Shown here piece after piece: positions 26,600 through 37,492 of a stretch of 64,000 nt of DNA. Source of the DNA: Octopus sinensis (taxonomy: Eukaryota); the NCBI RefSeq assembly GCF_006345805.1, contig NC_042997.1, positions 141,856,001 through 141,920,000 of the forward strand, read 5' to 3'. Position 1 is the first letter of the stretch; every line of letters starts with the position of its first letter. The translations under genes and the position numbers were made by a program. The notes under the pieces are model-generated. The model searched no databases. It was given only the letters and a program-made list of their open reading frames with translations, and was not told where the DNA came from.

Positions 26600-27249
26600 G
26601 GTTAAACAGGTATTTTGCAGTTTCTGTGGTTAAACTAGATCTAAGGACTAAGGATATCTTGATAGCTTCATGCATTACTTGCTACTGCACCAATACAAAA
26701 AGTTATGGTTTGTTGTTCAGTTTCTGTTACCTGTCTTGGAGGCCCCGGGGAAAAAGCCATGGGGGCTGCTTTCCTTCTTTTGAATAAACCATTTTACACA
26801 CACACACACTCACAACCTTGAATTATTTTATCTTTCTATATTGAAGTTCAAATCCTGCCAACCTGAAGTTGACTTACTGTTATTGATTTCTTTCAGTCAG
26901 TTATTGAACTAAACATCATAAAGTGGTCACTCCCATTGACTAAAGATTTGAATAACTAAATAAATAAATAAGTACACATCTTTTATTTTTCATCTTTTAT
27001 TTGTTTCAATCATTAGACTGCGGTCATGCTAGGGCATAGCCTTGATGAATTTTTAGCCAAATGAATCAACCCTCCCCCCTTTTTTTTTTGTAAACCCAGC
27101 ACTTATTCTATCAGTTTCTTTTGCTGAACCACAAAGTTATGGGAGCATAAACACACTAACACTGGTTGTCAAGCTGTGGAGGTGGGGGACAAACAAAGAC
27201 ACACATGCATAGAATACATAGATGTAACAGAAGCTTTCTCCCTTTAACA

Positions 27250-27635
27250 TTTTTACTTGTTTCAGTCATTTGACTGTGGCCATGCTGGAGCACTTCCTTT
27301 AGTTGAGCAAAGCGACCCCAGAGCTTATTCTTTGTATGCCTAGTACTTAATCTATAGGTCTCTTTTGCCAAACTGCTAAGTTACAGGGACGTAAATGCAT
27401 GAGCATCGGTTGTCAAGTGATGTTGCGGGGGGGACAAACATACACACACACCACACACACACACACATATATATATGACAGGCTTCTTTCAGTTTCCGTC
27501 TACCAAATCCACTCACAAGGCTTTGGTCAGCCGAGGTTATAGTAGAAGACACTTGCCGAAGGTGCCAGGCAGTAGGACTGGACCCGGACCCATGTTTCTG
27601 GTAAGCAAGCTACTTACTACAGCCTCTCCTGCACC
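27250..27635 (-). mobile_element. CORE-type SINE (antisense), with adjacent partial copies at about 26990-27240 and 27737-27891
   Basis: Reverse complement of the 751-1176 family. Confidence 0.75.
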
Positions 27636-28126
27636 TATTAAATATAGAATGCTTTGCAAATCTGCATGTCACCCTTGCGCAGGGACCCATGCTAATATTC
27701 TCTATATCTTTCCAGTTTTAGAATATATACTACTGTAGCTTCTTTTAGTTTCTGTCTACCAAATTCACTCACAAGGATTTGGTTAGTTAAGGCCATAGTA
27801 GAAGACATTTACCCAAGATTCCATGCTGTGAGACTGAACCTGGAATCATGTGGTTGAAAAGGAAACTTCTTACCACACAGCCATGCCTGCACCCCACATA
27901 CACATAAGCTTTGAATATGCAACATATGTAATATAGAACTCTCTTTATATTTCCTTATACACAATCTGTCTCTTGCTCATTCTCTATCTCTCTCATTTGC
28001 TCACACTCTCTCTCTCTTTCTCTCTCTCTCTCTTTTGATCTATCTATTTAATTATCTATGTTTGTGTTTATAAATGGATTTCAGTTCAATGATCTAAAAC
28101 TTCTTTCTGCTGTCTATCTTTATCAG

Positions 28127-28294
28127 TATGTTGATCTAAAGAATGCTTACCTATGTGGCTATCTGAAAATCAAAGGGCTTACAGAAGAATATCCAATACT
28201 TACAACATTTTTCGACGGTGAAATCATCAGTGAAAAGCATCCATTTTTAACTCGTAAGTGGGATGCTGATGAAGATGTGGACAGGAAACACTGG
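28127..28294 (+). CDS. GID4: GID4 coding exon 2
   Basis: 168 nt with TATCAG| acceptor and |GTATGT donor. [56 protein letters not shown] is nearly identical to human GID4. Confidence 0.97.
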
Positions 28295-28313
28295 GTATGT
28301 AAAATTCTCTCTA

Positions 28314-28358
<45 letters not shown>

Positions 28359-29383
28359 CTTTCTGTTGATATAACAACATGATTTGGATTTCTAATGACC
28401 TTATCAGTAAAGCATAAAATTGAAACATAGCCATATTTATCTCCCTTACTTATCAAGAAAATGATGTTTAATTGATGATTGCTACTGCTTTTTCCTTGAT
28501 GATTATGTTAAGCTTTTTAAATATGTTTACACTAACTTAATTAGAATTAAATAGTATAAGGACAATGATAATAATGTCAGGATGATTTTTTTACCTATCA
28601 TCATCTAAGGGAAATTAGTGGAAACTTAGAACATTCGGTCAAGAATGAAAGTATCATCATCATCATCATCATTTTACATCTTGTTTTCCATATTGGCTCA
28701 ATTAGGCAAGTTGACAAACTAGAATAGTTCTTATCTGGAGTAACTGCCTTAATGTGGTGGGGGGGGTATCCATGTGCACATGTGTGTGTAACTGAGTTTT
28801 CAGTATATCCATAAGTTTCATAGGTGTAATTAATTGAGATATAATTACCTCTCCTCCTTCTCAAACATCCCCACCACCACCACCACTTAATCAACAGGGC
28901 CTTCCTCTTTCCCTTATTTTTTTCCCCTTTCCCTTTCCTTGTCCTTTCCAGTCTTGCAAGTTACTTGGTAACCCCATTTGTGTGAGTGGCAAGAAACAAA
29001 ACATCCAGTACACACTATAAAGTGGTTAACATTAGGAAGGGTATCCAGCCATAGAAACCATCCCAAAGCTGATACAGAGCATGATGCAGCTCCCTAGCTG
29101 GCCTGATCCTTTCAAACCATTGTTGGATGGTTTGACATTCATGCCAGCATGAAAAATAAATGTTAACTGATAATGATGATGATGATGATATGCCACTTTT
29201 TACCTCTTTCTGACTCTACCTGATCATTCCCATCGTCCCTTCTAAAATATGAGTAGTCTTGTAGTTCCTCTTAAGCAAGAAACCTACCAGACCTAATACA
29301 TGAGTAAAAAGTCTAATACAGTCTCTATTCATGCCCTGAATATAATATCTGATTAAATTATTGTCATTTTTCTCTTTTCACAG

Positions 29384-29485
29384 GGGAAATTTTTATCATT
29401 TTTTAAATTAGCAAAAAGTTTTAATTCCGACACATTTGACTATGATGAACTTCAAAAGACAGATTGTGTATTTATGCGGTGGAAG
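29384..29485 (+). CDS. GID4: GID4 coding exon 3
   Basis: 102 nt with TTCACAG| acceptor and |GTAAGT donor. [34 protein letters not shown]. Confidence 0.96.
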
Positions 29486-29538
29486 GTAAGTTATTCCAAA
29501 TGTTACATCTTGCCATATCTTTCCTCCTCCTCCTCCTC

Positions 29539-29577
<39 letters not shown>

Positions 29578-29643
29578 ACCAGTCTATCATTCTTAACTCT
29601 GTGATACTTATATTAAGAAGTGCATTTAAAGCCAAAAGTAATA

Positions 29644-29841
29644 CAAGCAGGTGCTGAAAACTTCCTGGCTATGAGTAAAAGAAAATACAGGAGGATCAGT
29701 TAATCATGATTTTATTCAAAATATTCCCCTCGCAGATTCACACACTTATTGCAGAGGTCCTTTGAAGAACTCAGAAGTTTGGGCCGCCAACCAGGTCATT
29801 CACAATACCCTTAAAGCCAGGAACTTACCAGAACCCCTTCA
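29644..29841. mobile_element. Tc1/mariner-derived MITE, degenerate
   Basis: Similar along its length to 39830-40047 (GGTGCTGAAAA...CCTGG...GATTCACACACTTATTGCAG...CCAGGAACTT). Confidence 0.65.
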
Positions 29842-30210
29842 TATATAAGCAAGATGTGGAATCTCTAACTTGTCTAGTAGAGCAGTAATTTGTCAAATCA
29901 AAGACAGCATGGAAAGCAGACATAAAATGGTGATGGTGTCTGCTTAGATTATTTAAGTGTCATTAACTCTGTAACAGCTACCAGATATATTATTTGTTTG
30001 CATGCAATAATACTTATTCAAATGCATTATAACTTTAATGCTCATTGAAGTTTTAGATTTTGTTGTTTTGTTCTTGTAAAAATTCAGTGTTTGAAGCACC
30101 AAAAAATAATTTTTCCTTCTAATTTTGGCACAAGGCCAGCAATTTTGAGGGTTTGGGGGTCAGGTTGATTATATTGACCCCAGTATTTGACTGGTATTTA
30201 TATTATTGAT

Positions 30211-30423
30211 GTAAAGGCGGCTAGCTGGCAAATGCTTAGTGGTATTTCGTCTGCCGCTATGTTCTGAGTTCAAATTCCACCGAGGTCGACTTTGCCTTTC
30301 ATCCTTTCGGGGCCGATTAAATAAGTACCAGTTACGCACTGGGGTCGATATAATCAACTTAATCCGTTTGTCTGTCCTTGTTTGTCCCTTCTGTGTTTAG
30401 CCCTTGTGGGTAGTAAAGAAATA
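30211..30423 (+). mobile_element. Deu/Nin-domain SINE inserted into an older antisense SINE
   Basis: Same family as 17537-17768. 18-bp TSD GGTATTTATATTATTGAT at 30193-30210 and 30424-30441. Confidence 0.85.
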
Positions 30424-31085
30424 GGTATTTATATTATTGATACTGAAAGGGTGCAAAGCAAAATTAACCTTGGTAGAATTTGAATTCAGAATGTAAAGAG
30501 CAGGAGGAAAATGCTGCTGTGCATTTTATCTGACATGCTAACAATTCTGGCAAATTGTGATGCCTATTATGAATATATCACAGAGTTAAGAATGAGAAAC
30601 AGGTGCATTTTATCATGGCGCCAGCACTAAAGAGGTTGTCATATCCTCAACAAGACTAAAGAGTCCTCTTTACTTTCTCATCGCTACTTACTCATTAAGG
30701 CTTTGTAAGTAAAAAGTTTGCTTCCCAACCCCACAATTTCAAATATCTTCTATTACAGCCTCAGGAAAAAAGAAAAGATGGCCACTACAGAAGGAATGCT
30801 TTTAATCGTAATACTGCTCAATCAGGGCTAAACAACAACAATTAAAGGAAGCCTAGCAGTGGAATTCATTGATATTTCCAAGAATGTGGAAAAATAAATC
30901 TAAAGACCCTGTCTTGGGTGAAATAACAATGCTAATTATTGTTGGTTGAACAGATTATTTCATTCAACACCAGCATTTATCATTTTTTCTTATTTTGTTA
31001 AAATGAGGATCAATGTATGTGGTACATTGCTGTACTTAAGAAGACCAACCCACAACAACATAATTGATATCCTAAAACAAAAAAG

Positions 31086-31620
31086 TCACATTAAAAGGAC
31101 TGATGCTGATTCCACATAAAAAGGACTGGTGCTGGTGCCACAGAGAAAGCACGGGTGCTGGTGGCACATAAAAAGCACTGGGCTGGTGTCACATAAAAAG
31201 CATTGATACTGGTGCCACATAAAAAGCACTGGTACTGATTCCAGATAAAAAGCACTGGTACTGATGCCACATAAAAAGCACTGGAGCTGGTGCCACATAA
31301 AAAGCATTGATATTGGTGCCACATAAAAATCACTCGTGCTGGTTCCACATAAAAATCACTGGTGCTGGTTCCACATTAAAAGAACTGGTGCTGGTGCCAC
31401 ATAAAAAGCACTGGTGCTAGTGTCACATAAAAAGCACTGGTGCTGGTGTCACATAAAAGTCACTGGTGCTAGTGCCACATAAAAAGCACTGGTACTGGTG
31501 CCACATAAAAAGCACTGGTGCTGGTGCCACATAAAAAGCATTGATATTGGTGCCACATAAAAATCACTGGTGCTGGTGCCACATAAAAAGCATTGATATT
31601 GGTGCCACATAAAAAGCACC
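31086..31620 (+). repeat. 26-bp minisatellite (ATAAAAAGCACTGGTGCTGGTGCCAC) x about 20, inside an RTE-tail repeat (about 31020-31985)
   Basis: Tandem units are directly visible. The element resumes at 31779 and ends in (GAT)n at about 31985. Confidence 0.9.
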
Positions 31621-32378
31621 CGAGGTGCCACATTAAGGGACAGTCTAAGCCCTGTAGATGTGAAGTAGCAAGCTTCTTAACCATACAGCTATGCTTGTGT
31701 ATGTATGTATGTGTGATTATGTATGTATGTAGAACTATATTAAGAGAGTAGGATATGGTTTATGAGAGATTTAGCTGTCACATAAAAAGCACTGGTACTG
31801 GTGCCACATAAAAAGCACCCACTACACTGTAAAGTGATTCACATTAGGAAAGGCATCCATCTGTAGAAACCAAGCCAAAACAGATTATGGAATGTAGTGC
31901 GGCCCCTGGCCTTGCCAGCTCCTGTTAAGCCATGAAACTCACCCCAGCATGGGAAACAAACGTTAAATGATGATGATGATGATGATTGCTGAATCCTTTA
32001 CCTAAGTGAACTGAAAGTTTAGAATTAAATGTCCTTCCTATTCACACACAACATAACACTTATAAAAAGTATGTTTTTAAAATACACAAACTGGTAATCC
32101 AATATCTTATTATTCACGTATTTTACTCATATTTTTTTATCTTCAGATGACATAAACACCTTATCTGACATCTTTGTGTCTTATCTTTGTCAGCTATATG
32201 TTTATTTCTTATGTCATTCTGTAACAGATTGAAGCTTTCTCCCTTTAAGATATATATAATGTGAAAGTGTTCTTTAGACAGACAGAGAATGTGTGTATTT
32301 GTGTGTGTGTGTGTGCATGTCATTCCTCTAATGTCTACTCTTTTCCATGCTTTGCATGAGTCAGACAAAATTCATTAA

Positions 32379-33419
32379 CCCTTTCGTTACTATATTTCTG
32401 ACCAAAATACACCCCTCATGAGTTTCAATTAAATTCTAAAATAATCATGAATCTAGGCTTGTTTCATTAAATAACTGTAACTTTTTTACTTATCAACATA
32501 TTAATGTGATATTTGGAACATAATTAAAGAAAGGGTTCTTAATCAATTCTATTGCATAACTTTTGTCTCAAAGTGACTTTAATTACAGGTAAATTCATGT
32601 AAATTGAGCAAAAGTTAAAAATATTAAAATTTTAAATTGAGCAAAAGGTAAAAATATTAAAATTTGTCTAAACATCACCATAGAAAATGAATCATCAGCT
32701 AATATTCAAATGGGTATGCAACAAAATTTGATAAAGAAGAATGTGCACATCACTATATCATCAGTTGAATTTAATGCACAACAGGTGTACCATAAAGCCG
32801 TAAGTTTGACCGAACTAAAGAAATCGGTCAAAAATAATATACGGCCTGGTTATGGTATGGAAGTGATAAATTCCAGACCACATCGTTCCCTAGGCCATGC
32901 TGACTAACATTATTTTCCTTGTATAAAAACTAAATCCACACAGTACCCAGTATTTGCTTCACAAATTTTCCGAAATTTGAACCTCCATTTTGTGTTTGTT
33001 TACAATCTGCGTAAGTTTGTTTCCACATTGATCGCTTCAAACAATAACTTCCAGACCACATCATACCCTAAGCCATGCTGACTAACATTAGTTTCCCTGT
33101 ATAAAAACTAAATCCACAACAGTACCCAGTATTTGTTTCACAAATTTTCCAATTCAGAATCAATGCTTGATAACATGAAACTCCTATCCATTTTCAAATT
33201 TGAAGAAAAATCGATGCCGAAAAAAATGTAGAAAAAAATCTCCCAAAATTCAGGGAATTGAAATTACACGTCGATTGTTGTACAAAACTGTAGATTAACT
33301 GTTTACGAATGTACTAAAGAGATTTGCTCAGATATTCTCATTTAAATATGAATAGGTAAATTTGGGCGGTTTGGTCACATTAACCAAAATTTTTTGGGGG
33401 CAGTTTGGTAACGAAAGGG
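32379..33419 (-). mobile_element. Internally deleted piggyBac transposon with transposase relics
   Basis: TTAA TSDs at 32375-32378 and 33420-33423. 12-bp TIRs CCCTTTCGTTAC / GTAACGAAAGGG. Minus-strand peptides ICEANTGYCVD, SQHGLGNDVVW and GRILFLTDFFSSVKL resemble the piggyBac DDD core. Internal repeat of about 100 bp at 32870-32971 / 33048-33150. The flanks rejoin as one interrupted repeat. Confidence 0.85.
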
Positions 33420-33661
33420 TTAAGGCAGATTTTCTATGGCTAGATGCTCTTCCTGTTGCCAACCCTCACACATTTCCAAACATGGTAATATTTCCCCTTG
33501 TCTTTTGAACACAAACAGCACAATGGCAAGACATGTTTTCGTGGAAGATTGCAAATGAATGGCATCATTTGTGTTACTGTAACAATTAGTATGGTGCCAA
33601 TAAAAGGAGACATGAACATACACCTATATCCAAATTTAGGCAGTGGAACAGGTAAAATCCA

Positions 33662-33744
33662 GGCTACGTATGTTTCCTAGCTAGCAGATCCTCTCATATA
33701 ATAATTATTCAGTGAGGAGTACTCAACTAGCGACTCATCAGGCC
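33662..33744 (-). ncRNA. Degenerate type I hammerhead ribozyme (Penelope-like)
   Basis: GGC-CUGAUGA-gucGCUAG...CUAGCuag-GAAA-CAUACG-UA-GCC. All core boxes are in order, with a 3-bp stem I and near-palindromic stem III. The base of stem II is mismatched. Confidence 0.5.
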
Positions 33745-35090
33745 GAACACACCTTAATTATATGAGGGTTATATTGTCATTTGGGAATCTTGTTGCTAAC
33801 CGTAAGCTATGCAAAAATTTTCTCTGCTTATTAAACTTCGATATGGGAAAGCCTACAACCCGATGCCAATAAATTATTATTGTTCCTGAATATTGCTTTT
33901 TATACCTATCATAGACTGCTCAAAGCTTACAAAGTTCTTACACTTAGATCTGTGGACCTTACAATTACATGTGTGTGTGTGGTGTGCTCCTTTCAGCTTC
34001 TGTCTCTATCAAATCCAATCACAAAGCTTTTGGTCATCCCAAGGCTATAGTAGAAAGCACCCGAGGTGCCACATTAAGGGACAGTCTAAGCCCTGTAGAT
34101 GTGAAGTAGCAAGCTTCTTAACCATACAGCTATGCTTGTGTATGTATGTATGTGTGATTATGTATGTATGTAGAACTATATTAAGAGAGTAGGATATGGT
34201 TTATGAGAGATTTAGCTGTTATTTTTAGTGGAATAAGTGACTACACAGAGGCCTCCACAGGAATATGTTAGCCACTTACTTTAACCTCCTCATCTGGTGC
34301 CACTGAGTTTTCTTAATTATCAATTCATAGGTACTGAATAAGTATCTTCTGGCAATATACAGCTTTTCTCTTGGAAGATTCTTCTAATTTGTGTAGAGCT
34401 AAATATAGGCCCAAGCTATATAGTAGGAGAAAATAAAACAACTCTTTTTTTATTTCCTTTGCAGTTATATTTGCTCATTGTTCAACTTGATTGTGTCTGC
34501 GTAGCTGGAAACATAGGTAGGAGTTAATACCTTGCAGAGTATAATAACATTGTGAAAAGGAATCCAGGTAGCAGCATCCCAGAGCTGTGAATCACTAGTC
34601 CTGGAATGCTACAGACAAATCTAATTCCATGGAATTTGAGATAAGCCCAATCCAAAACCGGCCTTCACAAAGTTGGCATGGCTAGCATACTTAACAGAGC
34701 CAGCAAAAATAATTTCAGTTAACTGAAATCACTTCTGCAGTGTCGACCGCTAAATATAACTGCTTCAACTAAAATATTAATGAAATTTGTTCATAGAGAA
34801 GGGCAACAACTCTAAAATTTATGGTGGCAATTCCAGATAAATTTCACTCAAATTAGTAAACTTAATCTCTGTAAGCTAAGTCTTTTCCAGTTCTTGTCAG
34901 ATCTTGTGATAAAGGTATACAAGAAATGTACATGAGTTGACGCAGGTGTGACTATGTGGTTAAGAAACTTGCTTCCCAACCATATGGTCTTGGGTTCTGT
35001 CCCACTGTGTGGCACTTTGGGCAAGTGCCTTCTACTATAACCCCTTGCCAACTAAAGCCTTGTGAGTGGATTTAGTTGACTGAAAGAAGA

Positions 35091-35128
<38 letters not shown>

Positions 35129-35129
<1 letters not shown>

Positions 35130-35719
35130 GTATAAATTTGACATGGGCGATTTTTTTCTTGTCTTGTGATTCACAGTCAAACGGCTGGGCAGAATTGCAC
35201 AAAAATTACACAGATGTGTAGAATGATCCGGTGGTGATGCTGGCTTTGTATTTTTTTCATAGTTCCCATGGTTACTGAGATAATCTACTATAATAATACT
35301 CTTGTGTTTATGAATGAGAAAGGAAGGGGTGATGTCATACTTGGTAGTGGGAATGATGAAAATTGTATGCTGGAAAGAATAAATCGAACATCATTTCAGC
35401 TATGTGTGAATATATGTGCGTGTATGTAAAAGGGTGGGGTATTGAATGTGTGTGTGTGTTTGTGTGTGTGCATGTGCACGTGCAATGGGAGTGGGATGGT
35501 TCATCTTTGTTCGCTTAGTATCTGGGTTTATTTTTTGATTTGGTTGAATCTTGGCTGGTGTTTTTTTGTTTGTTTTTTTTTGTTGGTCAGTTACTTTTAG
35601 TGTTTTGACAGAAAAATGTCATTCTAAAATGGTTTTTTAACGTAAGCTTGCCCAAACAAGAGCAGGTTGTACAGCTACATCATCCACACCGACTGGGTGA
35701 AACCGGGCTTAGCTGGTAG

Positions 35720-35720
<1 letters not shown>
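35129..35720 (+). mobile_element. Probable non-autonomous Helitron in a (TA)n tract
   Basis: Flanked by (TA)n on both sides. 5' motif AAACGGCTGGGCAGAATTGCACAAAAATT. Short GC-rich 3' hairpin CTGGGTGAAACCGGG followed by AGCTGGTAGT (CTAG-like end). No TIRs. Confidence 0.5.
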
Positions 35721-35752
<32 letters not shown>

Positions 35753-35869
35753 GTGAAGGCACATGGCTTAGTGGTTAGGATGTTGCACTCAAGATTGTTA
35801 TTTGATTCTAATTTTATAAAAAGCAAACACATATACAAACACATGCATATATAAATATATATACAACAG

Positions 35870-36300
35870 ACTTCTTGGATTGGGGGTCACTCTATATATT
35901 CTTAAGAAATTTGTCAATGCTTCATTGTTACTTAATTCATTTTTCGCTTTTCTTAATGCTCTCTTAAAAGTGTCCACAAATCTTCCCACCTGCCTGTTTG
36001 ACCTGGTGTGGTAGGGTGGAGTGAAAATATGCTTTATCGCATGCCTTTTACAGAAGTTCTTGAATTCATACCCAGAGAACTGCGTTCTGTTGTCTGAAAC
36101 TAGTATATCAGGGACATCATATCATGCAAACAATTCATATCAGACTTTATAGTTGTCTTAGAGATTGGTCTATAGTGCCTGCAAACTTCTAACCACTTAG
36201 TACAGCTATTTACTACGATTAAGTAGTAAGCGTCATTTACCAGTCTGGCATAGTCAATGTGTAACCTAGACCATAGGTTCTCTGTCTCTGGCCACGATTG
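35870..36300 (-). mobile_element. Gypsy LTR-retrotransposon integrase relic (K02A2.6/Mag-like)
   Basis: Across a frameshift: WSRLHIDYA, YYLIVVNSCTKWLEV, VPDILVSDNRTQF, FTPPYHTRSNRQVGRFVDTFKRAL, FLRIYRVTPN (rve core). Confidence 0.85.
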
Positions 36301-36537
36301 ATATGTGCCTCCACAAGTTTGAGGGATAAATGATAAGAAATAGAAGTGGCTCAGGAATGGAAAAGTGTTAAGTGATGACACAGGAAAGAGGAAGACTAGC
36401 AGAATAATAATAAAACTGTAGATTGATAAGAGATCAGGAGATGACTGGTATGGGTGGGGAGATGAGAGATATACAGAGGCAGAGATAGAGAGAGAATTTT
36501 ACTAATATCTCTTTGTTATATTTATATCTGTCTGCAG

Positions 36538-36668
36538 GAACACTTCTTAGTGCCAAACCACAAGATTACAGACATAAATGGAGCATCATTTGCTGGATTT
36601 TACTACATCTGCTTCTGGAAATCTAATTCTACCATTGAAGGTTATTATTATCACCGAAGTTCTGAATG
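36538..36668 (+). CDS. GID4: GID4 coding exon 4
   Basis: 131 nt with CTGCAG| acceptor and |GTAAGT donor. [43 protein letters not shown](W) contains the conserved [11 protein letters not shown] motif. Confidence 0.97.
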
Positions 36669-37112
36669 GTAAGTTGATATTCTTACATTTTTCTTTTAAA
36701 ACCAGATCAATTCTAACAATATTTGTGCTTTGTTTTAAATTCATCTTCTTCTTCCCTCTTCCAATGTCTTAGTTTTGTATATCACAATATCATCAAGTTA
36801 ATACATTCTCATTTTATATTTTATGCACAACAGAAGAACTGAAATAAATGTAACAGTGTGAATGTTTTAGCTGTGAGGGAAAATAATAAGAACGTTAACT
36901 CATTACATTTTTATGCTTTTGATGTGCAGATAAAAGAGTTGCAGGAGACACATGATAAGCTGTTCCTTTCAGTTAGTCAGTAGCAACAGAATAGTTACCT
37001 GTTATAAAAAGTAGTCATAAATTTAGTTATAACCATAGTGGATAGCTTAATTTGCATATTTTTGCTTATAACTGCTCATCATTAATTAAACAATGTATAT
37101 TTTAGGTATATA

Positions 37113-37274
37113 AGTGCAAGAGTGGCTGTGTGGTAAGTAACTTGCTTACCAACTACATGGTTCTGGGTTCAGTCCCACTACATGGCACTTTGAGCAAGTG
37201 TCTTCGGCTATAGCCTTGGGCCAACCAAAGCCTTGTGAGTGGATTTGGTAGACAGAAATTGAAAGGAGCCCACC

Positions 37275-37310
<36 letters not shown>

Positions 37311-37492
37311 TTGTGTGTCTGTGTTTGTCCCCCCACCATCACTTCACAATTGATGCTGGTATGTTTACTCCCCCATAACTTAGCGCTTTGGCAAAAGAGA
37401 CCAAAGTCCTGGGGTCAATTTGTTTGACAAAAGGTGGTGCTCCAGCATGGTCACAGTCAAATGACTGAAACAAATAAAAGAGTGAAAGAGAA
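37113..37492 (+). mobile_element. CORE-type SINE in GID4 intron 4
   Basis: Same family as 751-1176. Confidence 0.8.

Noticed and set aside
28058-28369. 103-aa ORF as a standalone gene
   Set aside because: Only 28127-28294 is GID4 exon 2; the flanks are intron and microsatellite.
31086-31620. 26-bp repeat array as a CRISPR
   Set aside because: Units are contiguous with no unique spacers, there are no cas genes, the context is a eukaryotic intron, and the unit derives from a retroposon tail.
36578-36772. 64-aa [11 protein letters not shown]...
   Set aside because: It is an out-of-frame overlap with GID4 exon 4.
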